Positions 46,771 to 54,030 of a stretch of 64,000 nt of DNA are shown here, piece by piece. Positions within the stretch are counted from its first letter, which is position 1; the number at the start of each line of letters is the position of its first letter. The notes below the pieces were generated by a model. That model did no database searches and was not told the DNA's origin. It saw only the letters and a program-made list of their open reading frames with translations. This stretch comes from a bacterium. GTDB taxonomy: Bacteria > Patescibacteriota > Gracilibacteria > UBA4473. The translations under genes were made by a program, and so were the position numbers. The stretch covers positions 3,133 to 67,132 of the forward strand of contig JABGQW010000019.1 of the NCBI GenBank assembly GCA_018648585.1, given 5' to 3'.

Positions 46771-46901
46771 AAAAAATTCCCCCGAGCAAAATTCCAAAAC
46801 GAAAGTTGAAACGTGTTTTGCGCGGAAAAGGAGCGGTGATGAAATTCAGTGTACGTTTCGCCAACGGCGGAACAAACCACGGATGAAATCACCCAGCGAC
46901 G
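46771..46901 (-). repeat. repeat element copy B (abuts the displaced tmRNA 3'-end copy)
   Basis: Minus strand: cgtcgctgggtgattt...cgcaaaacacgtttcaactttcgttttggaattttgctcggg, followed by a 10-bp A/T palindrome aattttttgc-gtt-gcaaaaaatt. Confidence 0.7.
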
Positions 46902-46921
46902 TGGTGGAGGTGGCCGGAATC
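46902..46921 (-). repeat. displaced partial copy of the tmRNA 3' end (20 nt, perfect)
   Basis: tggtggaggtggccggaatc is identical to 47083-47102, in the same orientation. Confidence 0.9.
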
Positions 46922-47000
46922 TCGTCATTTCATCCCGCATTCGCGGAATTCATTTGAGGTATTTGTTTCCTCGCTTTTCGCTTCGCGAAAAACTCGGTAC

Positions 47001-47024
47001 AAATAAACGAACCGACCCGGTTCG
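47001..47024 (-). terminator. second hairpin terminator after ssrA
   Basis: Minus strand: CGAACCG-ggt-CGGTTCG followed by TTTATTT. Confidence 0.5.
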
Positions 47025-47042
47025 ATTTTCCGTGCTTCGCAC

Positions 47043-47072
47043 AGAAAAAAAATTGCTTCGCCAAATGGCGAA
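47043..47072 (-). terminator. first intrinsic terminator after ssrA
   Basis: Minus strand: TTCGCC-attt-GGCGAA followed by gcaaTTTTTTTT, 10 nt after the tmRNA CCA end. Confidence 0.6.
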
Positions 47073-47082
47073 TCAATTTTTT

Positions 47083-47500
47083 TGGTGGAGGTGGCCGGAA
47101 TCGAACCGGCGTCCGAAGAGGAAAAATAGGTCCGTCTACGTTCGTAGTTTGATTTGTTTTACACGTGCTGGTAAAAAACCAAACAAAAATCAGCACGCGG
47201 CTGCCATAAATGTTCGAGAAAAATCGGCAAAATTCTTTTCGTAAGATCCGGTAATTGAACATGAAAATGTCGGATCAACTTTTCATGCTACACGCGAGCA
47301 CAATGGCTCAAGCGCGGTTGGTTGAATGTCTTACGCGGCAACCGGAACAAACGCTGGTGAGCGAAAGCTTCGAATGGAAGCGTGAAAACGATTTTTTAAG
47401 TTTGCACTTAATTTTGTACGATCGGATCTACCGGCGGGTCGTACACGCCGTGAACGCAAGAAAGATTTTTCGGATCTCTCCGTCAAATCCTGGCACCCCC
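47083..47500 (-). ncRNA. ssrA: tmRNA (SsrA)
   Basis: 5' GGGGGTGCCAGGATTTGACGG pairs with 3' CACCTCCACCA (7-bp acceptor stem with G3:U). T-arm GCCGGTTCGATTCCGGC. Internal tag frame 47405..47331 starts at GCA (nt 96) and encodes ANLKNRFHASIRSFRSPAFVPVAA followed by TAA. Confidence 0.9.
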
Positions 47501-47564
47501 GATGTTTCAAAGAACCTCGCTGCGCGAGGATTTGATTCTGGCGAATTACAAAATTTCGTCAAGC

Positions 47565-49571
47565 TCAACACACCTTCGCAGACTGGACGCTCTCGACTTT
47601 TTGAAGATCGCGCAACAATTCAGCAAGCTCTTTTTCTGAATTTATCGCCAGTAAAAAAAACCACTCACATTCTTTCATTGTCGTCGCTGGCAACAATTGC
47701 GTGTCGTAAATATCCACGCCGTTGTGCGCAATCACCGTCGTGTAATCACGCAAAAGTCCCACGCGCCGAAATGCATGAATTTTTACGCGCACCTGTCGAG
47801 AAAAATGCGCTTCGTAAAATCGCTCTGGTTCAAGTCGTTCAAGTTCTGAACATTCCGCATCGTGAACCGTAAAACTGAGTCCGCGTGATTTGTACGCCAA
47901 TAAATTTTTTCCCAAAACAGCCTGACAGCACGGTGCCAATCGGTACGACAATCCATCCGCGCCACCGATGATCAACGAATACTCTTTTTTCTTGGAACCA
48001 CGTTTTGTTTTTAAGCTGGGCGCCACTGAGATTTTTTCTAAATCCGACGGAGAAATTTTCTTTTTCTGAATAATTTCTGGAAATTCAATTACTCCCAACT
48101 GCCGCAAAACGTGACGAATTTTTTCTTTCGCGCCCGAAGATTTTACAAACTTGAGCCACTCCGAATTTGGTTTTCGTCCAGATTTTGTCAAAATTTTCAC
48201 CACGTCGCCGTTTCGAATTTGGTAATCGAGCGGTTTGATCACTCCGTTGACGACCGCGCCGACGCAACTATTTCCCACGTCGGTGTGCACCGCGTACGCA
48301 AAATCCACCGGTGTGGAATTTTTCGGTAAAATTTTGATTTCACCTTTTGGCGTAAAAATATAAATCTGTTCGGCAAAAATTGTTTCTGAAATTTGTCGAA
48401 AAAAATCCGCGGGCGCAGAATCTTTTGAAAATTGGATGTGCTGCGGAAACCACTGTGTGCGCTGCAAATACGCTTCATCAAAATTAGAATTTTTCGCTTT
48501 TTTGTACGCCCAGTGTGCCGCCGGACCGTACTCCGCGTCGAGATTCATTTGTTCCGTGCGAATCTGCACTTCTGTCGGAAGTTTTGACCGACTCAGCCCC
48601 AGCACCGTCGTGTGCAAACTTTGGTAGCCGTTCGGTTTCGGCACGGAAATGTAATCCTTGAAACGTCCCGGAATCGGATGCCAGTGACTGTGCACAATCC
48701 CGAGCGTTCGGTAGCAATCTTCGACAGAACGCACAATAATTCGCAATCCAAACAAATCAAAAACCTCGCTCACTCGCTGATAACTTTTCCGGCGCATTTT
48801 TTCGTAAATCGAATAAATTGTTTTTTCTCGCCCAGAAATATCCAGCACGTGCACGGAAAATTTCTCTTTTTGAAAAACAGTTTCCACTTCGGATCGCGCC
48901 TGCTCGATAAATTTTCGGCGCTCTTTTTTACATTCTTCAACTTCGAGAGAAAGTTCAGTGAATTTTTTCGACTCCATCGCCCGAAACGACAGATTTTCAA
49001 TTTCGTTTTTAAATTCAAAAAGTCCGAGTTTTTCTGCCACCGGCGCGTACACTTCCATCGATTCGTACGCGATGCGCTGCTGTTTTTCCGGTCGCACGTG
49101 CTCGAGCGTTTGCAGATTGTGAATCCGGTCCGCCAGTTTTATAAAAACCACGCGAATATCTTTGCTGATCGCGATAAAAAGTTTTTGAAAATTCTCAAAT
49201 TTTTTCTGATCCGGATGCGATGCTTTGAGCTGAACTTTGGAAACTTTTTCTACGCCCTCACAGAGAAACCGAATATTTTCACCAAAAATTTCTTCGATTT
49301 CATCCGCTGTCACCGCCGTATCCTCGATCACATCGTGCAACAAACACGCGATGATCGTGTCCTCGTCTGGTTGGATGGAAAGCAAAATTTTTGTCGCGGC
49401 GACCGGATGCGTAAAATACGGTTCGCCAGAAAATCGCATTTGTTCGGAATGCGCCGCCTGAGAAACTGTGAACGCACGCCGAATCACCGATTCTTTTCGT
49501 TTGGAAAAATCCGGGTGATATTCGCGCACTCGCGCGACAATTTCTTCGAGATCTTTTCGAAAATCTTGCAT
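47565..49571 (-). CDS. rel: bifunctional (p)ppGpp synthetase/hydrolase (Rel/SpoT long RSH)
   Basis: HD domain (HPVAATKIL, LLHDVIEDT), synthetase domain (YISVPKPNGYQSLHTTV), TGS and ACT-like C-terminus. Confidence 0.93.
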   Translation of the reverse strand: MQDFRKDLEEIVARVREYHPDFSKRKESVIRRAFTVSQAAHSEQMRFSGEPYFTHPVAATKILLSIQPDEDTIIACLLHDVIEDTAVTADEIEEIFGENIRFLCEGVEKVSKVQLKASHPDQKKFENFQKLFIAISKDIRVVFIKLADRIHNLQTLEHVRPEKQQRIAYESMEVYAPVAEKLGLFEFKNEIENLSFRAMESKKFTELSLEVEECKKERRKFIEQARSEVETVFQKEKFSVHVLDISGREKTIYSIYEKMRRKSYQRVSEVFDLFGLRIIVRSVEDCYRTLGIVHSHWHPIPGRFKDYISVPKPNGYQSLHTTVLGLSRSKLPTEVQIRTEQMNLDAEYGPAAHWAYKKAKNSNFDEAYLQRTQWFPQHIQFSKDSAPADFFRQISETIFAEQIYIFTPKGEIKILPKNSTPVDFAYAVHTDVGNSCVGAVVNGVIKPLDYQIRNGDVVKILTKSGRKPNSEWLKFVKSSGAKEKIRHVLRQLGVIEFPEIIQKKKISPSDLEKISVAPSLKTKRGSKKKEYSLIIGGADGLSYRLAPCCQAVLGKNLLAYKSRGLSFTVHDAECSELERLEPERFYEAHFSRQVRVKIHAFRRVGLLRDYTTVIAHNGVDIYDTQLLPATTMKECEWFFLLAINSEKELAELLRDLQKVESVQSAKVC

Positions 49572-49588
49572 GGAAAAAAGTATTTCAA

Positions 49589-49616
49589 ATCTTACAAAAA
49601 ACCTACGTTTTGTCGA
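49589..49616 (-). promoter_or_regulatory. promoter of rel
   Basis: Minus strand: TCGACA (49616-49611), 16 nt, TAAGAT (49594-49589). About 17-nt leader. Confidence 0.5.
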
Positions 49617-49663
49617 ACTTTTGTTCGCGCAGAAAAAAATTTTCGGTACAATCTGACAGAAAA

Positions 49664-51850
49664 ATGTACGATTTCTCGCAACGAATCAAGTTTTTGAAAA
49701 TCTTTTTTGCCGTGATTTTTTTAATTTTTGCGGTGCGACTCGTGGATTTGCAGTTGATTCGGCACGACGAATTTGCCGCCGAAGCGAACGCGCAACATTT
49801 AAAAAAATCAATCATCCCCGCTCGCCGCGGAAAAATTTTGGTGCGGAAAAATTATTTTTCCGACGAACTCACGCCGCTGGCGACAAATCACACGATGCAA
49901 ATGTTGTTCGCCGATCCGCTCGTGTTGGCGTACCCAAAATACAATCCGAAACTTCCGCTCGAAAAACAAGACCGCGGAAATCCGGCGCTCGCGGCGAAAA
50001 TTCTCGCACCGCTGCTGGTCAACAGTCACTGCGATAAAATTGACGGCTGCGCAATCAAACCGGACGAATCGCAGTGGAACGCCGTCGAACGAAAAATTGT
50101 AGAAACGTACGAACAAGAATTACGAAAAATTTTGGAGGAAGCCGAGCGCCGCCGCGTAGTTTTGATGACGGATGTGAACGATCTGCGCACGGCAGAAATT
50201 GGATTATTGCAATTGCCCGGAATTTCAGTGAAAAATGCAACATTGATTGCGGATCCCGTAAAAATTTTTGATGTGACACGCACCGCCGAACAACTCGCAC
50301 CGCTGATCGGAGTTTCGCAAAATCAACTCGAGCTGTGGATTTCTCGTCGACCAAAACGGTATGTCGAAATCACGCATAAAATTGTGCCAGAACTTTCACA
50401 GAAAATCGCTGCACTCAAATCCGATCCCGCATCTCGCGACGTACTGCGCGGAATCCAACTTCGCGATGAATATTGGCGATTTTATCCAGAAAAAAGTCTC
50501 GGCGCGCAAGTTCTCGGATTTGTCGACAACCAGGGCAGCGGACAATACGGCATCGAGGGAAGATTTGATCTCGATCTCCGCGGAGAAAGTGGAATTATTT
50601 CAGGCGCAACTTCCGTCAGCGGACAACAAATTTTGGGGAAAGATCTCGGAATCCAACAGGCACGCGACGGATCGGATCTCGTGCTGTCGATCGACCGAAT
50701 TATCCAGGGAGAAGTGGAAAAAATTCTCGCGGAAGACACGCAAAAATACGAAGCGGATTTTGGGCAGGTGATCGTCGTCGAACCCAAAACCGGGAAAATA
50801 TTGGCGATGGTGCACTCCCCGACTTTCGATCCGAATAATTTTGGAGACGTTTTTACAAAATTTGAAATTCCGGCAGAACAGGAAGAAATGGATCGCGCGG
50901 ACGAAAATTTTAAACAACGAATTCCCACGATCGCGACCGCCACCGGACAATTTTTCCGATATTTTAATCTGTGGGGTCCGACGGTTTTTCGAAATAAAAT
51001 CGTTTCCGACGAGTACGAACCCGGTTCCGTGATAAAAGCGTTCACGATGTCCGCCGCACTCAACACGGATGAAATCACGCCGCAAACTACTTTTGAAGAC
51101 ATCGGACCAGTCGAAGTGGATGAATTTGAAATTAAAAATTCCGACGGCGAGTACCACGGAACGACGACGATGATTGAGCTTTTGGATCGATCGCTCAACA
51201 CCGGAATCGCGTTTGTCACGCAAAAAATGGGCGCAAAAATGCTGTACGAATATTTTGAAAATTTCGGATTTGCACAGTACACCGACATTCAAATTGACGG
51301 CGAAGCGCGCGGACAACTCGAACACTGGAAAAATTGGGAAGCGTCGGAGCTGGTCACGCGCGGATTTGGGCAAGGAATTTCCTCCAGTCCGCTGCAAGTC
51401 GCGATGGCATTTTCAAGTTTGGCGAACGGCGGATATTTGATGAAACCACTGCTCGTGGAAAAAATTATCGAACCGAACGGCGACGAAGAAATTTTCGAAC
51501 CCGAACGCGTCCGTCGCGTGATTTCCGAGGAAACGTACCAGACGATCAAAGCGATGCTGCTGAGCGCCGTGGAAAATGGGACAGGACGGGGCGCGCGCGT
51601 TTTTGGACACTCCGTGATGGGAAAAACTGGAACCAGCCAAACGTACCGCCACGGCGAAGCACTCACCGGCGAAGGAACGACAATTGCGAGTTTTGCGGGA
51701 TTCGGTCCATTCGACAATCCGAGATTTGTCGTGCTCGTAAAATACGATTATCCAGAATATTCTCCGTGGGGTTCGGAAACCGCCGCGATCACATTCCGTC
51801 GCGTTTCAACGTTTTTATTCGATTATTTCAAAATTCCACCGGAGAAATAA
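49664..51850 (+). CDS. class B penicillin-binding protein (PBP2/FtsI-type transpeptidase)
   Basis: ORF trimmed to ATG 49664. N-terminal anchor. Motifs SVIK, SLN, KTGT. Confidence 0.9.
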   Translation: MYDFSQRIKFLKIFFAVIFLIFAVRLVDLQLIRHDEFAAEANAQHLKKSIIPARRGKILVRKNYFSDELTPLATNHTMQMLFADPLVLAYPKYNPKLPLEKQDRGNPALAAKILAPLLVNSHCDKIDGCAIKPDESQWNAVERKIVETYEQELRKILEEAERRRVVLMTDVNDLRTAEIGLLQLPGISVKNATLIADPVKIFDVTRTAEQLAPLIGVSQNQLELWISRRPKRYVEITHKIVPELSQKIAALKSDPASRDVLRGIQLRDEYWRFYPEKSLGAQVLGFVDNQGSGQYGIEGRFDLDLRGESGIISGATSVSGQQILGKDLGIQQARDGSDLVLSIDRIIQGEVEKILAEDTQKYEADFGQVIVVEPKTGKILAMVHSPTFDPNNFGDVFTKFEIPAEQEEMDRADENFKQRIPTIATATGQFFRYFNLWGPTVFRNKIVSDEYEPGSVIKAFTMSAALNTDEITPQTTFEDIGPVEVDEFEIKNSDGEYHGTTTMIELLDRSLNTGIAFVTQKMGAKMLYEYFENFGFAQYTDIQIDGEARGQLEHWKNWEASELVTRGFGQGISSSPLQVAMAFSSLANGGYLMKPLLVEKIIEPNGDEEIFEPERVRRVISEETYQTIKAMLLSAVENGTGRGARVFGHSVMGKTGTSQTYRHGEALTGEGTTIASFAGFGPFDNPRFVVLVKYDYPEYSPWGSETAAITFRRVSTFLFDYFKIPPEK

Positions 51851-51892
51851 TTTTTGTGTTTTTTTCAATTCGAAACGATTCGTTTTTCGTTC

Positions 51893-51920
51893 TTGAACTT
51901 TTCCACGTTTTCAGTACACT
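51893..51920 (+). promoter_or_regulatory. promoter of tkt
   Basis: TTGAAC (51893-51898), 16 nt, TACACT (51915-51920). ATG at 51945. Confidence 0.6.
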
Positions 51921-51944
51921 CCGCGTGAATTTTGGTTTTTTTGA

Positions 51945-53882
51945 ATGGATTTTTCGTTTCCCGATTCCAATAAAACACTCGGAAAAAACCGGGTCAGTTT
52001 TGTACAGGCTTTCGCCAAAAATTGTCGTCGATCAATCGTAAAAATGACGACCAATTCGCAGTCCGGACATCCCGGCGGATCGCTGTCGGTGCTGGATTTT
52101 TTGAGCACGTTGTACGTATTTCGAATCACAAAAACCGATGAAAAAGTTGTGATTTCCAACGGACACACTTCGCCCGCAAAATACGCCGTGCTCGCGGAAT
52201 GCGGCGGAGCGGATCGGAAAAAAGTTGTGGAAAATTTTCGAAAATTCGGATCAAAATTTGAAGGACACGTGACGCGCCACGTCGACGGAATTCCGTTTGG
52301 CACGGGACCACTCGGCGTTGGATTTTCGGCTGCGTGCGGGTTCGCGCTCGCGGAGAAAAAAAATAATTCGGGAAAACGCGTTTTTTGCACGATCGGCGAC
52401 GGCGAAATGCAGGAGGGACAAGTGCACGAAGCCGCGCTTTTTGCCGCGCAACAAAAACTTGAAAATCTCACGGTTTTTGTCGACCGGAATCACGTGCAGA
52501 TTTCCGGTTCAATTCAAAAAGTGTGCGGACTCGATGTCAGCGCTTTTTTCAAATCAAAAGGATGGAAAGTTGTCGAAATCGACGGCCACAATTTTGAATC
52601 ACTCTGGAGCGCGATCAATCTCATTTGCCGCAACGGATGCCCGATCGCAATCGTCGGTCGCACCGTGATGGGAAACGGCGTCCCGGGAATGGAAGAAGAC
52701 GGAAAAGTGTTGAATCCAAAATGGCACGGCGTCACCGCAAAACCAGAAATCGCCGCAGAAATGCTCGCGAGTGAAAAACTTCAACTTTCTGACGAAGAAA
52801 AATCCGCGCTGGAAGATTTTCGTGCGGATCGAAAATTTGTACCAAAAAAAAATAATTTTCCCGAAAATCTGGAAAAAATACCGGACGTCGATCCGGGCGT
52901 TCCCCGCGTGTACGCCGCGGACGAAAAAACGGATTGCCGATCCGCGTACGGTGCAGCGCTGCTCGATTTGGCGAAAAAAAATTCAAACATTCTCGCCGGA
53001 TCAGCCGATCTTTCTGGGAGCGTGAAAACCGACGGCGTGGAAAAAAATCTTCCCGCGCAGTACGTCGAATTTGGAATTTGCGAGCAAAATATGGTGTCGG
53101 TCGCAGGCGGACTTTCGCTCGCCCAGCACAAAAATTCGGAAAAAAAATGGATTCCGTTCGTGTCGACGTTCGGCGCATTTATGACCAGCCGCGCAAAAGA
53201 TCAGGCACGCGTCAACGACATCAATCGCTGCAACGTAAAAATGGTTTCGACACACTGCGGACTCTCCGTCGGCGAAGACGGACCGACGCACCAGGCGATC
53301 GACGATCTGGGAAGTTTTGTCGGATTTTTCAACACGCACCTGCTCGAACCCGCCGATCCAAATCACTGCGATCGATTGATCCGATTTGCCGCGAGCCACG
53401 AGGGAAATTTTTACGTGCGAATGGGACGCGCGAAAATTCCAGTTTTAACGCGAGAAAATGGTGCGATTTTTTTCGATGAAAAATACGAGTACAAATACGG
53501 ACGCTGCGATCTGCTGCGCCCGGGATCAAAAGTGACAATCGTCGCCAGCGGTGCCTGCGTGATCGAAGCGCTCCGCGCACGAGATGCGGCAAAAAATTCT
53601 GACGAAATCGAAATCGTGATCACCAGCAGTGTGAAAAAATTCGACGAAGTTTTAAAAAAATCCGTGGAAAAAACGCACCGCGTGATTACCGTCGAAGATC
53701 ACAATCCAAGTTCTGGACTCGGCGCTGCCGTCGCATTTTGGGCAGCGGAAAACGGAATCGCGCTGGAAAAATTTGAAACGCTCGGCGTAAAAAAATACGA
53801 GCTCTCCGGAACTCCCGCAGAACTGTACCGCAGCGGAAAAATTGATGCCGACGCGATTTTGGAAGTTTTGAAAAAATTTTGA
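51945..53882 (+). CDS. tkt: transketolase
   Basis: 645 aa. SGHPGGSLS TPP-binding N-domain, GDGEMQEG, pyrimidine-binding and C-terminal domains in one polypeptide. Confidence 0.9.
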   Translation: MDFSFPDSNKTLGKNRVSFVQAFAKNCRRSIVKMTTNSQSGHPGGSLSVLDFLSTLYVFRITKTDEKVVISNGHTSPAKYAVLAECGGADRKKVVENFRKFGSKFEGHVTRHVDGIPFGTGPLGVGFSAACGFALAEKKNNSGKRVFCTIGDGEMQEGQVHEAALFAAQQKLENLTVFVDRNHVQISGSIQKVCGLDVSAFFKSKGWKVVEIDGHNFESLWSAINLICRNGCPIAIVGRTVMGNGVPGMEEDGKVLNPKWHGVTAKPEIAAEMLASEKLQLSDEEKSALEDFRADRKFVPKKNNFPENLEKIPDVDPGVPRVYAADEKTDCRSAYGAALLDLAKKNSNILAGSADLSGSVKTDGVEKNLPAQYVEFGICEQNMVSVAGGLSLAQHKNSEKKWIPFVSTFGAFMTSRAKDQARVNDINRCNVKMVSTHCGLSVGEDGPTHQAIDDLGSFVGFFNTHLLEPADPNHCDRLIRFAASHEGNFYVRMGRAKIPVLTRENGAIFFDEKYEYKYGRCDLLRPGSKVTIVASGACVIEALRARDAAKNSDEIEIVITSSVKKFDEVLKKSVEKTHRVITVEDHNPSSGLGAAVAFWAAENGIALEKFETLGVKKYELSGTPAELYRSGKIDADAILEVLKKF

Positions 53883-53985
53883 GCGCACCAATTTTTTGAA
53901 AAAAATCGAACCAAAAAAGAAATTGAAAACTTCATTTTCGAAATAATTTTAAATTCTCGCGATTGAAAACTTCTGAACAAAATTT

Positions 53986-54013
53986 TTGACCAGCGGCACG
54001 TGCGTGCTACAAT
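53986..54013 (+). promoter_or_regulatory. promoter of amidase/SpoIID gene
   Basis: TTGACC (53986-53991), 16 nt, TACAAT (54008-54013). GAGG then ATG 54031. Confidence 0.65.
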
Positions 54014-54030
54014 TTCGAGGAAAAAATAAA

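Noticed and set aside
41850-47102. Intact integrative element or prophage at ssrA
   Set aside because: An att-like repeat and a composition shift are present. However, there is no integrase, excisionase, replication or structural gene, so only a remnant or accessory block can be claimed.
46556-47872. ORFs 46556..46864, 46599..46940, 46849..47244, 46930..47262 and 47255..47872 in the ssrA region
   Set aside because: They overlap the tmRNA gene, its terminators and the repeat copies. Their mutual similarity (QNT.QL.FWNFAR) simply reflects the nucleotide repeat. There is no coding evidence.
48612-49697. 361-aa plus-strand ORF opposite rel
   Set aside because: It is antisense to a complete, motif-rich Rel/SpoT gene. 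The product is low-complexity.
50482-51397. Minus-strand ORFs 50482..51288 and 50600..51397 inside the PBP gene
   Set aside because: They are antisense to a PBP with intact SxxK, SxN and KTG motifs. No domains.
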